A DNA stretch of 64,000 nucleotides from Chitinophagales bacterium (GTDB lineage Bacteria; Bacteroidota; Bacteroidia; Chitinophagales; LD1), in contig JAHBTS010000002.1 of the NCBI GenBank assembly GCA_019638515.1, positions 239,558 to 303,557 of the forward strand, written 5' to 3'. A program made the translations under genes and the position numbers. How positions within the stretch are numbered: the stretch's first letter is position 1; every line of letters begins with the position of its first letter. Of this stretch, positions 18,412-28,869 are shown in pieces. The notes beneath the pieces were generated by a model. It was not told the origin of the DNA. It saw only the letters and a list, made by a program, of their open reading frames with translations, and made no database searches.

Positions 18412-19455
18412 ATGTACGACTTTTTAATTGTAGGGCAAGGTATTGCAGGCTCTTCACTAGCGTGGCATTTAATAGAGGCCGGAAAAAAAATTGCAGTAAT
18501 AGATAATGGCAATTTAAACAATGTGTCTCATGCCGCTTCGGGAATTATCAATCCAATTACCGGCAAGCGATTTGTAAAATCGTGGTTAATTGACACGCTG
18601 CAACCTTATGCGCTGCAATGCTATCGGAAAATAGAAGCCGATTTAAACGTTAGTTTCTTAAAGGAACTTACCATTTACCATGTATTAAATTCAATTGAAG
18701 AAGTAAACGATTGGAGCATAAAAGCAGCTACCGATGGCTACACACAATATCTTTCAAACTTTAAGATACATGCACTTGCCGCTGAAAAAGTATTGAATCC
18801 AAATGGATGTTTTGAAGTGCAAGGAGCATTAAAAATAAACGCCCGGTTATTTCTTCAAGCCATAAAGCATAAAATCCGGCAAAGCAATTTATTCATTGAA
18901 GATTCTTTTGATGAAAGCGCACTAGCTATTACACCACATAAAATTTGCTACCAAAACATAGAAGCGCAGTATATTATCTTCGCTACCGGTTTTGATGCCG
19001 CACAATCGGCACTATTTACACCAATAAAATTCTCACCCGTAAAAGGAGAAGGTTTGTTTATAGAAATTAAAAATTTCTATCCCGAAAATATTATTCATGG
19101 CGATGTGCTTATTTCTCCCACCAACGAAAAAGATATTTACTATGCAGGCAGTACTTACGAGTGGCAATTTACCAACGACCAACCTACCGAAAGCAAACTC
19201 CATGAACTTACACAGCGCATAAAAAATACTATACGCTGCAACTTTTCTATACTGCAACATGTTGCGGGTATTCGCCCCGCTAGCAAAAATAGACGACCAA
19301 TAATTGGCTTATTGCCCAATAGCAGAATAGGAATTTTTAACGGCATGGGTACAAAAGGTTTCTCACTTTCGCCTTACTTTGCCAAACATTTTTGCCAACA
19401 TTTATTAGAAGAAACTGATTTATTACCGGAGGTAGATGTAAAAAGATTTTTTTAG
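18412..19455 (+). CDS. FAD-dependent oxidoreductase (DAO-like)
   Basis: N-terminal dinucleotide fold DFLIVGQGIAGSSLAWHL; 347 aa. Confidence 0.75.
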   Translation: MYDFLIVGQGIAGSSLAWHLIEAGKKIAVIDNGNLNNVSHAASGIINPITGKRFVKSWLIDTLQPYALQCYRKIEADLNVSFLKELTIYHVLNSIEEVNDWSIKAATDGYTQYLSNFKIHALAAEKVLNPNGCFEVQGALKINARLFLQAIKHKIRQSNLFIEDSFDESALAITPHKICYQNIEAQYIIFATGFDAAQSALFTPIKFSPVKGEGLFIEIKNFYPENIIHGDVLISPTNEKDIYYAGSTYEWQFTNDQPTESKLHELTQRIKNTIRCNFSILQHVAGIRPASKNRRPIIGLLPNSRIGIFNGMGTKGFSLSPYFAKHFCQHLLEETDLLPEVDVKRFF

Positions 19456-19459
19456 AGCC

Positions 19460-20185
19460 GTGGAGCAAATAAAACAACCATATAAAATTTTTACTGTTCA
19501 AGATTTGGATGTAGTGTTTGAAGACAATCATTTTTTAATTGTAAACAAACCCAATGGTCTTTTGGTTCAACCCGATAAAAGCGGCAGCCAAAACATGGAA
19601 GACCTTGCCAAACAATGGATAAAGCACAAATACAATAAACCCGGCAATGTTTTTATTGGCGTACCACATAGATTAGACCGCCCCGTAAGTGGTGTGTTGG
19701 TACTTTGTAAAACATCAAAAGCACTGGTACGCTTTAACGAAATGCTCCGCAACCGCGAAGTACAAAAAACCTATTGGGCAGTAGTAGAAAGCAAACCAAC
19801 TGTATTAGAAAATACACTGATACATTGGCTGCGAAAAAGCCCCAGCGGTAATTATTCCAAAGCATATCCCTCGCAAGTTAAAGATAGTTCACAATGCGAA
19901 CTTGCATACAAATTCCTCAGCAGCAGCCAATACTATCATTTACTCGAAGTATATCCCAAAACCGGCAGACACCACCAAATTAGGGTACAACTTGCAAGTA
20001 TGGGATGCAGCATAAAAGGCGATGTAAAATACGGAGCTAAACGCGAAAACAGAGATGCATCCATTCATCTTCATGCCAGAAAAATTGACTTTATACATCC
20101 CATCAGTAAAGAAAAAATTGAAGTAACGGCTTCTCCAAACTCAAACGACAAAGTATGGATGGCAGTTCAAGAAAACATTAAATAA
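19460..20185 (+). CDS. RluA-family pseudouridine synthase
   Basis: HRLDRPVSGVLVLCKT catalytic Asp motif and HQIRVQL motif; GTG start. Confidence 0.88.
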   Translation: MEQIKQPYKIFTVQDLDVVFEDNHFLIVNKPNGLLVQPDKSGSQNMEDLAKQWIKHKYNKPGNVFIGVPHRLDRPVSGVLVLCKTSKALVRFNEMLRNREVQKTYWAVVESKPTVLENTLIHWLRKSPSGNYSKAYPSQVKDSSQCELAYKFLSSSQYYHLLEVYPKTGRHHQIRVQLASMGCSIKGDVKYGAKRENRDASIHLHARKIDFIHPISKEKIEVTASPNSNDKVWMAVQENIK

Positions 20186-20317
20186 TTATTATTCTTTTCA
20201 TCACAACCATTGCACCATAAGAGCTATAAAAAATAAAACAAATATCACCCAATTGCAATACCAAATACCTTTCGCCATTCACAATTCTTTTCTATTTTCC
20301 GTTCTTAAATTATTACA

Positions 20318-20962
20318 TTGAATCTCGCACCATTTATAGACCATACCTTGCTCAAAGCCGATGCCTCGGAATCCGAAATAGAGCAACTGTGTAACGAAGC
20401 CAAAGAATATGGTTTTGCAGCCGTTTGTGTACCACCATATTTTGTACGCAAATGTAAACTGTGGTTAAAAGAAACCAACGTAAAAATTGCTACCGTAGTA
20501 GGTTTTCCGATGGGCTACGCCCACACACCCGCCAAAGTAGAAGAAGCACGCAGAGCCATAGATGAAGGCGCACACGAAATAGATATGGTCATCAATATCA
20601 TTGCCTTAAAAGCAAACGATATCAACTACTTAAAAAACGAACTTACCAGTGCTGCCACCATCGTACAACTTCGAGGCGGCAAACTCAAAATAATATTAGA
20701 AACCGGCTTGCTTACACGCGAAGAAATTCTTACGGCCTGCAAGCTCTGCACCGAATTAAACATCGACTTCGTAAAAACATCTACAGGCTTTATTGAAAAA
20801 GGAGCCACCGTTGAAGATGTACAATTTTTACGCGCCAACCTGCCAAAAGCAATAAAAATAAAGGCCAGTGGCGGTATAAAAACAAAAGAAGCTGCCGAAG
20901 CACTTATAAAAGCAGGTGCCGATAGAATTGGCACTTCGCGCGGAGTAGCACTCGTTCAATAA
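20318..20962 (+). CDS. deoC: deoxyribose-phosphate aldolase
   Basis: IDHTLLKADASE.., FVKTSTGF (Schiff-base Lys), IKASGGI; TTG start. Confidence 0.92.
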   Translation: MNLAPFIDHTLLKADASESEIEQLCNEAKEYGFAAVCVPPYFVRKCKLWLKETNVKIATVVGFPMGYAHTPAKVEEARRAIDEGAHEIDMVINIIALKANDINYLKNELTSAATIVQLRGGKLKIILETGLLTREEILTACKLCTELNIDFVKTSTGFIEKGATVEDVQFLRANLPKAIKIKASGGIKTKEAAEALIKAGADRIGTSRGVALVQ

Positions 20963-21012
20963 ACCTGATTGAAAAAGTAGCATCGAAGCCATCCATTGTA
21001 AAACGTAAAAAA

Positions 21013-21390
21013 ATGAAACCGATAAACTATATCCTTTTATACGCCCTACTTGCCACCACCACCGCGTGGTCGCAAGAAGGCGTAATACAATCTCCCGAAA
21101 TATCAAACCTGGTTGAAAGCTACCGCAACTACCAAAAAATTATGGAGTTTGAAGACGGGTTTCGCATCCAAATCAGCTATACCAACAATCGCGATGAAGC
21201 CTATAAAGCCAAAGCCCAGCTATACAAAGAATTTGAAACCATACCTTCGTATGTAGAATATGAGCAACCCAACTACAAACTTCGTATTGGCGATTTTAAA
21301 ACCAAACTGCAAGCCACCGCACTTTTACAAGATGTAATAAAAATTTATCCCGGTGCATTTATCGTAAAAGATAGAATTAAAAAAAGATAA
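21013..21390 (+). CDS. SPOR domain-containing protein
   Basis: 125 aa with a signal peptide. C-terminal FRIQISYTNNRDEAYKAKAQLYKEF...YKLRIGDFKTKLQATALLQDV is a typical SPOR pattern. Confidence 0.75.
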   Translation: MKPINYILLYALLATTTAWSQEGVIQSPEISNLVESYRNYQKIMEFEDGFRIQISYTNNRDEAYKAKAQLYKEFETIPSYVEYEQPNYKLRIGDFKTKLQATALLQDVIKIYPGAFIVKDRIKKR

Positions 21391-21391
21391 C

Positions 21392-22561
21392 GTGAAAACT
21401 AAAATCACCGAACTTACCAATCGGTATTTTAATGAAATTATCGCTTGGCGCAGACATTTGCACGCCCACCCCGAACTTTCTAATCACGAAGTTGAAACCG
21501 CAAAATTTGTAACCCAAAAGCTACAAAGTTTTGGACTAACGGTACAAACACAAATTGCAGGAAACGGAGTAGTAGCCTTACTACAAGGCGATTTACCACA
21601 TAGCAGGTGTATAGCACTTAGAGCCGATATGGATGCGCTGCCCATTACCGAAGCCAACCAAGTAACCTACGCCTCTAAATATCCGGGCATTATGCACGCC
21701 TGCGGGCACGATGTGCATACCGCTAATTTACTGGGAACAGCAAAAATTTTAAGCGAATTAAAACCTTTTGTTGAAGGAACTATCAAGTTTATTTTCCAAC
21801 CCAGCGAAGAAAAAATTCCGAGCGGAGCACAAGCCATGATTGCCGCAGGCGCGCTCAAAAATCCTACACCCGATGCTATTTTAGGACTACATGTTTCGCC
21901 CGAAATTGAAGTTGGCAAAATTGGCTTCCATGCAGGAAAATTCATGGCTTCCAGCGATGAAATTTATATAACCGTAACCGGAAAAGGCGGCCATGCCGCA
22001 CAATTACAACAAACTATAAATCCACTTTTTGTTGCCGCAGAAATACTCTTGGCGCTAAAACAATTTTCGGATGCCACGCTACCTGTTGTGCTCAATTTTG
22101 GAAAAATTGAAGGAAAGGGAGCTACCAATGTAATACCCGATACTGTTGAAATTGCCGGTACACTCCGATGCTTCGATGAACAACTGCGTTTTCAACTCCA
22201 TGAAAAAATAAAAACAACCACAACTCACATTGCAGCCCAAAGCAATGCAATTGGCGCAGTACAAATTTTAGAAGGTTATCCCGTATTAGTAAACAACGAA
22301 ACTCTTACCGCCCATTCACAGCAATCTATAGCTCAAATTATTGGAGCAGAAAACTGTATAAATGTACCACAGCGCATGGGCTCCGAAGACTTTGCATACT
22401 ACTCGCACCAAATTCCGGCTTGCTTCCTCCGCTTGGGAGTAGGAAATGCAGCCCAAGGAATTACAGCCCCCATACACACTCCCAACTTTAATATAGATGA
22501 AACAGCTTTTAAAACCTCGGTAGCAGCCATGGTGCATTGGGCACTTCATGTCGAAGTATAG
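21392..22561 (+). CDS. M20-family amidohydrolase (N-acyl-amino-acid amidohydrolase type)
   Basis: HAHPELSNHEVETAKF, MHACGHDVH, GSEDFAYY motifs; GTG start 1 nt after the upstream stop. Confidence 0.9.
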   Translation: MKTKITELTNRYFNEIIAWRRHLHAHPELSNHEVETAKFVTQKLQSFGLTVQTQIAGNGVVALLQGDLPHSRCIALRADMDALPITEANQVTYASKYPGIMHACGHDVHTANLLGTAKILSELKPFVEGTIKFIFQPSEEKIPSGAQAMIAAGALKNPTPDAILGLHVSPEIEVGKIGFHAGKFMASSDEIYITVTGKGGHAAQLQQTINPLFVAAEILLALKQFSDATLPVVLNFGKIEGKGATNVIPDTVEIAGTLRCFDEQLRFQLHEKIKTTTTHIAAQSNAIGAVQILEGYPVLVNNETLTAHSQQSIAQIIGAENCINVPQRMGSEDFAYYSHQIPACFLRLGVGNAAQGITAPIHTPNFNIDETAFKTSVAAMVHWALHVEV

Positions 22562-22577
22562 CCGTTGCGCCAAATCA

Positions 22578-25500
22578 TTATCTCAGTAAAAACAAACTTC
22601 CCTTTCTTTTTTGATTATCACCATTTCGCATCATTACTTTCAATACATAAGTATAAGTTCCCGGAAAACAAAGCTCACCACGGTAATAGCCATCCCACGC
22701 TTGATTTACATCATACGATTGAAAAACTTGCTCGCCCCAGCGATTAAAAATTCTAAGATCGAAGCGAGCAACACCTTGTGCAATCACCTTAAATAAATCG
22801 TTGTTGCCATCGCCATTGGGAGAAAATAAATTAGGAATAAAAAAGAAGCTCTTTTCTATCACCTTTACATACATGGTTCGCTCAAGCGTATCTATACAAC
22901 CTTGCTGCGAAGATGCCATCAACATTACCGAAAAAGTACCTGTATCTTTATACAAATACGAAGGATTTATTTCGGTTGAAGTACCTCCATCACCAAAATT
23001 CCAAACAAAACTATTGGCATCGGCAGATAAATTTTCAAACATCACCACATCTTCATCTTGCACTACTAATAATGGAGCTGCAGAAAAATCTGCCACAGGA
23101 AAAGGAGCAATGTTTACATTTTGTACTGCTGTTGCGGAGCAATTTCCCAATACAGCCGTTAATGTAACGGTATAATTGCCTGCCTGCGGATAACTATATA
23201 CAGGATCAAAACCCACCATGGTAGCGCCATTCCCAAAATTCCAATCAAAAGTTGCACTATCCGGCACCGAAGTATTGGTAACAGCAATAGGCTGTGTAGC
23301 ACAATTGACCTGAACCGAAAAACTAACAGCAGGATTAGGCTCCACTGTAACCACCACACTATCGCTGGCAACACATTGGTTAGCATCTGTTACCCTTACC
23401 GAAAAAACAGTAGTACTCGCTGGCATAGCATCGGTATTGGCAGAAGTTGGAGTAGCAACAAAAGCAGCAGGCTCCCAAGCATATACCACACCTCCCGAAG
23501 CAGTAAGTTGCGTAAGCCCTCCAGCGCATATACTAACATCACTTCCCGCAAAAGCATTAGGTAAACTGTTTATTGTTGCCTGTATGGTATCTCTGCCGGT
23601 ACATCCGTTTGCGGTATATTCAAGCGCCAAATTAAACACACCCACACCCGATACAGCAGCACTAAACACACCCGAAGCATTAGTTATACCCACACCACTC
23701 CACAATGCACCACTGGGCGAAAAGCCACTCAATGTAATATCTGAAGTATCTGCACATACACTAAAGTTACTTCCCGCATCTACCGTTGGCGATGGAAAAA
23801 TGGTAACACTAACTGCATTGCTTGCACTGCCTACACAACCATAATGAGTAGGTGTAACCGTTACGCTATTGCCCGGCTGCAATAAAGAAGTAGCATACGT
23901 ATTGAATGAAGTTTGCTGCAATACATTACTGCCATCTCTAAAATCGTATTGCAAGTAACCCGAAGGAGCAGCAGTAAACACCACCGGCTCTCCTGCACAA
24001 ACTGCTGTATCGCTTACCGAAAGCGTAACAGCCGGAATAGGAATAACCGTAGTAACTATGGTATCGCTGCTATTGCTTACACATCCATTATTAGTTGCTA
24101 TTACATAAACTGTAGCACCATCGGGCAATATCGAAGACGAAATGTTATTTACTCCGCTACTCTGCACCGAAATTCCATTTACAAAAAACTCATAATTGGC
24201 CATACCCGCAGGGTTGGCTGTAAACACGATATTATCGCCTACGCAAATTGTATCGTTTGTATCGCTGCTTACCAATGTAGCCACCGGAATTGGATTTACT
24301 GTTGTAGCAATTGAACTGCTAACCGCACTGCTACAACCATTCTGTACAGCCACCACCGAAATACTATTGGGCAAAACCAATGCCGATGTAGTATAAGTAC
24401 TAGCACCCGAAGTTTGCACAGCAGAGCCATTATTACTAAAAATATACTGATCTAACCCACTTGGATTAGCAGTAAACACTACACTCTCTCCCGCACAAAT
24501 ACTACTATCGGCATCGCTACTCACCAACGAAACAGATGGAATGGCATGAACAGTCATTACAATAGGAATAGACACATTGGTAAAGCAGCTTCCATCAAAC
24601 GCAATTACATATACACTATCTCCATTTTGCAAATTAGCATTACTGTAGATTGGATTAGCGCTATTTTGCACCTCCACTCCATTCAGAAAAAAGCGATAAT
24701 TTACATAAGTAGCCGGAGCAGCTGTAAATGTTACGTTCTCACCTGCACAAACCGTATCATCACTTGCTTGCAAGTTTATATTTAAACTACTTTGCTGCAC
24801 ATTTAGCACCAGCGAATCGTACACACGCCCGCAGCAATCGGTTGTAACCCATACTTTTATTACTCGCTGCCCCGGTATTAAAAATACACTTCCCGCAGTA
24901 GCGGCTGATGAACTTTGTACCGTTTGCGGCAAGCTATTTTGCCCAAAATCCCATTCATATAAACTTCCCACTAATGAAGTTGAAAAAGAATCGGGGCATC
25001 CGGTAAAATGCGTACTGCTTTTTGCTGTTATAGAAGGAAGCTGTAAGCTATTATTGAAAATATCTACAAACTCAGTAAAATCTACACCGCTAAACTGAAT
25101 TGTTTTTCGCCCCAATGTATTGTATATAACTTTGTGCGGTCCACTACCGCTGGCAGTAGCCGGAAACGCAGCGTTGCCAAAATTCCAGTTTCCTGCCGCA
25201 GCTGAAGAAAAGGTAACTTCTGCATTTATACATCCCCTGTTTTCAACCGAAATTATGGGAGGGTTGCCTGGTACTGCTACTATATTTTGCTGCGAAACAG
25301 CTGTACCTCCATTTTCGCTTAAAGCTATACTTAAACCAGTAGCACCACTGCCACCATTGCCACCTGCCCCGCCACTACCACCTGCCCCGCCATTGCCACC
25401 AACCGATACAGAACATGGATTGCCCGCAGCCCCACCTTGCCCGCCAGCTCCACCTGCACCTCCTACTCCACCTGCGCCTCCCGTGCCACCTGCACCACCT

Positions 25501-26633
25501 GCACCTACATTTAATGCACAATCTCTTACAACTCCGTTTGCTCCATTATTAAACAAGAAAATACAAAAAGAACTGCCGCCTCCGGTTCCTCCACTGCCGC
25601 CTGTGCCACCACCTCCACCACCTCCACCACCTCCGCCTGCACCTCCCACATAATCACTACCTTGCTGCTGCCTTCCGCCACCACCGCCACCGCCACCACC
25701 GCCACATCCATTGCTACCATTGCTACCATTGGTTCCTGCTCCTCCCGGAACAAAATAGCCGCCAACCATAGAACCTTGCGGGCCGACAGCGCCATTAGCC
25801 CCCGCACTACCACTTTGCCCTACACTACCGCTTTGTCCGGCAGTAACACCACCACAAGAACTACATGAATATGGGAAAGAGCATTTAGGTCCTAGACCGG
25901 AACTGCCGCCAGCACCTCCACAACCCGATGGTAAACCAGCGCTTCCCGGAGGAGAACTGCCATTCCACCGACCATTCATACCGCCTGCACCTCCATTATT
26001 TCCGCCACTACCAATACCACCTACGCCTCCTGCCGAAAACAACTCATTGGTATTTCCGGCAACACCGTTACCTCCCGCACCTCCTGCTACTCCGGCATTT
26101 CCTGTTGTTCCATTCATGCCGGCTCCTGCAGCTCCGGTAGTAACCACGCACCTCACAATATTATAATTGCTACAGCCACTTAGATAAATTCCATACACCG
26201 AAGTTTGTGCCGTAACTGCCGCAGCTACTTGTATGGTTATATCTTGCAATCTGAAATTTGAAATATTTAAACCTGCTATTCCCACCAATGCATTGGCAGG
26301 GAGCGGAAGCACATTGGTAGCATCTTTTGCCAAAATACTCGGAGTAGCGTTACTCTTTACCCATGAAGCAGCATCAAACCCGCCTTCAATGGTTATATTG
26401 CTCACAAGTTGCAACGGTTGTGCTAAATTATAGGTGCCTGTAGCCAACCATAATCTACTATTTTGAGCACTTACTAATGATAAGCCATATACCAAATTGG
26501 CGGGATTGGCACGCGTACCTGCCAAACCACTTCCCGCACCTGTGGGCGATACATAGATAATACCGCACTCCTGAGTAAATAACTTAAACGCATATAAAAG
26601 AATAATAGCAAGTACACTTTTTTTCATAAGCAC
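22578..26633 (-). CDS. giant secreted protein: Gly-rich region, four Ig-like tandem modules, PKD domains, T9SS type B C-terminal sorting domain
   Basis: 1351 aa with a signal peptide. PKD-like FDWNFGNGAT..YSYPQAGNYTVTLTA and FVWNFGDGGTS..YLYKDTGTFSV. C-terminus FFIPNLFSPNGDGNNDLFKV...IFNRWGEQVFQS...WDGYYRGE..PGTYTYVLKV is the gliding-motility-associated (type B) CTD. Confidence 0.9.
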   Translation of the reverse strand: MLMKKSVLAIILLYAFKLFTQECGIIYVSPTGAGSGLAGTRANPANLVYGLSLVSAQNSRLWLATGTYNLAQPLQLVSNITIEGGFDAASWVKSNATPSILAKDATNVLPLPANALVGIAGLNISNFRLQDITIQVAAAVTAQTSVYGIYLSGCSNYNIVRCVVTTGAAGAGMNGTTGNAGVAGGAGGNGVAGNTNELFSAGGVGGIGSGGNNGGAGGMNGRWNGSSPPGSAGLPSGCGGAGGSSGLGPKCSFPYSCSSCGGVTAGQSGSVGQSGSAGANGAVGPQGSMVGGYFVPGGAGTNGSNGSNGCGGGGGGGGGGRQQQGSDYVGGAGGGGGGGGGGGTGGSGGTGGGSSFCIFLFNNGANGVVRDCALNVGAGGAGGTGGAGGVGGAGGAGGQGGAAGNPCSVSVGGNGGAGGSGGAGGNGGSGATGLSIALSENGGTAVSQQNIVAVPGNPPIISVENRGCINAEVTFSSAAAGNWNFGNAAFPATASGSGPHKVIYNTLGRKTIQFSGVDFTEFVDIFNNSLQLPSITAKSSTHFTGCPDSFSTSLVGSLYEWDFGQNSLPQTVQSSSAATAGSVFLIPGQRVIKVWVTTDCCGRVYDSLVLNVQQSSLNINLQASDDTVCAGENVTFTAAPATYVNYRFFLNGVEVQNSANPIYSNANLQNGDSVYVIAFDGSCFTNVSIPIVMTVHAIPSVSLVSSDADSSICAGESVVFTANPSGLDQYIFSNNGSAVQTSGASTYTTSALVLPNSISVVAVQNGCSSAVSSSIATTVNPIPVATLVSSDTNDTICVGDNIVFTANPAGMANYEFFVNGISVQSSGVNNISSSILPDGATVYVIATNNGCVSNSSDTIVTTVIPIPAVTLSVSDTAVCAGEPVVFTAAPSGYLQYDFRDGSNVLQQTSFNTYATSLLQPGNSVTVTPTHYGCVGSASNAVSVTIFPSPTVDAGSNFSVCADTSDITLSGFSPSGALWSGVGITNASGVFSAAVSGVGVFNLALEYTANGCTGRDTIQATINSLPNAFAGSDVSICAGGLTQLTASGGVVYAWEPAAFVATPTSANTDAMPASTTVFSVRVTDANQCVASDSVVVTVEPNPAVSFSVQVNCATQPIAVTNTSVPDSATFDWNFGNGATMVGFDPVYSYPQAGNYTVTLTAVLGNCSATAVQNVNIAPFPVADFSAAPLLVVQDEDVVMFENLSADANSFVWNFGDGGTSTEINPSYLYKDTGTFSVMLMASSQQGCIDTLERTMYVKVIEKSFFFIPNLFSPNGDGNNDLFKVIAQGVARFDLRIFNRWGEQVFQSYDVNQAWDGYYRGELCFPGTYTYVLKVMMRNGDNQKRKGSLFLLR
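23790..24790 (-). repeat. four tandem ~80-aa Ig-like coding modules
   Basis: Reiterated pattern ..VCAGE.V.FTA.P.G...Y.F..NG..VQ.S....Y....L..G..V.V.A...GC.. occurs four times. Confidence 0.8.
25330..26140 (-). repeat. glycine-rich low-complexity coding region
   Basis: About 270 aa dominated by GGAGG/GGNGG/GGSGG, including runs of 10-13 Gly. The mirror-image Pro-rich antisense ORF is an artefact. Confidence 0.85.
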
Positions 26634-26862
26634 TGAATCGAATGAATGAAAATAATACTATTAGAATTATTCAATATACTTTCTCCTTAAAAATTCTTCC
26701 ACATTGTTTAAAACTGACAAACCACACACCTGTTGTTCAATTTTCTATACAAATCACTTTAGAAAACCAATTCATAAACAATTGATATACAACAAAATAT
26801 AACTTAAACCAGCCCTCTTCAAACTTTTTCAATTAAATATTTTACACTTTGAATGAAAATAC

Positions 26863-26870
26863 TACATTTG
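26863..26870 (+). promoter_or_regulatory. candidate Bacteroidota -7 promoter box upstream of infA
   Basis: TACATTTG matches TAnnTTTG, 57 nt upstream of the infA ATG. No well-spaced -33 TTTG element was found. Confidence 0.35.
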
Positions 26871-26926
26871 CAGCCCGTTTTTGGAGAAATAGGTAGCATC
26901 CAAATCAAGAAAAACGGAATAATTGC

Positions 26927-27145
26927 ATGGCAAAACAAGATTTGATAGTTCAAGACGGTATTATTATAGAAGCACTTAGCAATGCTATGTTTCGAGTAAA
27001 GTTGGAGAACGGACATGAATTGATTGCCCATATTTCGGGAAAAATGAGAATGAATTACATTAAAATTCTTCCAGGAGATAAAGTGCAGTTAGAAATGAGT
27101 CCATACGACTTAAATAAAGGTAGAATAACATTCCGCTATAAATAG
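26927..27145 (+). CDS. infA: translation initiation factor IF-1
   Basis: 72 aa; [53 protein letters not shown] matches IF-1 almost end to end. Confidence 0.97.
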   Translation: MAKQDLIVQDGIIIEALSNAMFRVKLENGHELIAHISGKMRMNYIKILPGDKVQLEMSPYDLNKGRITFRYK

Positions 27146-27173
27146 CGAAAAATAAAAATAAAGCTGAAAGAAA

Positions 27174-27290
27174 ATGAAAGTTAGAGCATCAGTTAAAAAG
27201 CGCAGTGCCGATTGCAAGATTGTAAGACGCAAGGGCGTATTGTACATCATCAACAAGAAGAATCCAAAATTTAAACAACGTCAAGGATAA
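27174..27290 (+). CDS. rpmJ: 50S ribosomal protein L36
   Basis: Own translation; below the ORF-track size cut-off. [38 protein letters not shown], 38 aa, in the canonical position between infA and rpsM. Confidence 0.95.
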   Translation: MKVRASVKKRSADCKIVRRKGVLYIINKKNPKFKQRQG

Positions 27291-27297
27291 TTAAAAT

Positions 27298-27675
27298 ATG
27301 GCTCGTATATCAGGTATTGACCTTCCTAAAAACAAACGTGGCGAAATTGCCCTAACTTATGTTTACGGCATTGGCTACACTACAGCAAAAAAGATTCTGA
27401 CATTTGCAAAAGTTGAACCCAATACTAAAGTAAAGGATTGGACAGACGAACAAATTAACGGTATCCTTACCTACATTGCCGACCACTTAAAAGTGGAAGG
27501 TGAGTTGCGTGGTGAAGTACAATCTAACATCAAGCGTTTGCAAGATATTGGAAGCTACCGTGGAATTCGCCACAGAAAAGGCTTACCGCTTCGTGGACAA
27601 AGCACCAAAAACAACTCACGTACCAGAAAAGGTAAACGTAAAACAGTTGCTAACAAGAAGAAAGTAACCAAATAA
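27298..27675 (+). CDS. rpsM: 30S ribosomal protein S13
   Basis: [26 protein letters not shown]...[28 protein letters not shown]. Confidence 0.97.
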   Translation: MARISGIDLPKNKRGEIALTYVYGIGYTTAKKILTFAKVEPNTKVKDWTDEQINGILTYIADHLKVEGELRGEVQSNIKRLQDIGSYRGIRHRKGLPLRGQSTKNNSRTRKGKRKTVANKKKVTK

Positions 27676-27700
27676 TAATTAAAGTAACCAATTAAGAATA

Positions 27701-28111
27701 ATGGCTAAACAACAATCTGCGGCTGCATTAGCAAAAGCAAAAGCTAAGAAAAGAGTAGTAAAAGTGGATGCTGAAGGAAAAGTATTCATCAACGCCACTT
27801 TCAATAATATCATCATCACTTTTGCCAACTTAAATGGTCAGGCAATTAGTTGGAGTAGTGCCGGAAAAGTAGGTTTCCGCGGCTCTAAGAAAAATACACC
27901 TTACGCTGCTCAGTTGGCAGCTCAAGATGCTGCAAAAGTAGCTTTTGAAGCCGGCTTACGTAAAGTAGAAGTATTCGTAAAAGGACCGGGTGCAGGACGC
28001 GAAAGCGCTATCCGCTCTATTTATTCTAGCGGAATTGAAGTTACTATCATCAATGATATTACTCCTATTCCTCACAACGGATGCCGCCCTCCAAAACAAA
28101 GAAGAGTGTAA
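27701..28111 (+). CDS. rpsK: 30S ribosomal protein S11
   Basis: ..[41 protein letters not shown]...[18 protein letters not shown]. Confidence 0.97.
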   Translation: MAKQQSAAALAKAKAKKRVVKVDAEGKVFINATFNNIIITFANLNGQAISWSSAGKVGFRGSKKNTPYAAQLAAQDAAKVAFEAGLRKVEVFVKGPGAGRESAIRSIYSSGIEVTIINDITPIPHNGCRPPKQRRV

Positions 28112-28142
28112 CAGGTTTTTATATCTTTACTATACAAAAAAA

Positions 28143-28168
28143 GGAATCTCAACAGATTCCTTTTTTTA
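28143..28168 (+). terminator. rho-independent terminator after rpsK
   Basis: GGAATCT-CAAC-AGATTCC followed by TTTTTTT. An A-run precedes it, so it could act in both directions. Confidence 0.7.
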
Positions 28169-28180
28169 TTTCTATACACC

Positions 28181-28708
28181 ATGAAAAGTAACATAGAAAC
28201 AGAACGGCTTTACTTAAGACCATTTAGCTTGTTAGACACCTCCAACTATTTCAATTTTATTTCTCAAAAAGATGTGTATGCTTGGCTCGGCAGGCGCACG
28301 CCTAAAAGCAAGGAACAAGCAGATGCTATCTTAGCCTATTTTATTGAAGCATTTAATACAAATGAATATGGTGTATATGCTGTTTTTACTAAAGATGGAG
28401 ATAACTTTATTGGGCAAGCGGGTTTTAACTTCTTTAATGAGTTAGATAATATAGAATATCTCTACGCACTACATCCGGCTTACTGGAACAAAGGCTATGC
28501 CACCGAAATAGGAAAAGTTTTAATACAAGAGTTTACAATAGCCTTCCCACACAAGCCACTCGTAGCAATTGCCTATTCTGATAATCACCGTTCTAAGCAT
28601 GTATTGCAAAAACTCAACTTTAAACAGAAAGGACAAAAAGAAGTATTTAACAATATAGCCGACTATTTTGAATTGGAACAACAACCCAAACGTGCTGCGG
28701 GTTTATGA
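28181..28708 (+). CDS. GNAT-family N-acetyltransferase (RimJ/RimL-like)
   Basis: TERLYLRPFSLLD N-terminus, ...NKGYATEIGKVLI.. acetyl-CoA-binding region, ..NHRSKHVLQKLNF.. Confidence 0.8.
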   Translation: MKSNIETERLYLRPFSLLDTSNYFNFISQKDVYAWLGRRTPKSKEQADAILAYFIEAFNTNEYGVYAVFTKDGDNFIGQAGFNFFNELDNIEYLYALHPAYWNKGYATEIGKVLIQEFTIAFPHKPLVAIAYSDNHRSKHVLQKLNFKQKGQKEVFNNIADYFELEQQPKRAAGL

Positions 28709-28869
28709 AGTGGCGAATAGGATATAAAAAAACTGAACTTAGGTTTCGCCTACATTCAACCAAGAATAATGCTTTTAGCATTTCCATGATTTAATAACAC
28801 CTACCTTACGCATAAACTTTCCACCTTCTTGTATTTTATCTTTCCTTAGCTACAGGTTATTTGCCTGTA

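Noticed and set aside
25120-25653. 177-aa plus-strand ORF encoding a proline-rich protein (PPAPPLPPAPP...)
   Set aside because: It is the antisense mirror of the Gly-rich (GGN codon) segment of the 1351-aa minus-strand gene. CCN codons arise automatically, and the minus-strand gene has clear domain content on both sides.
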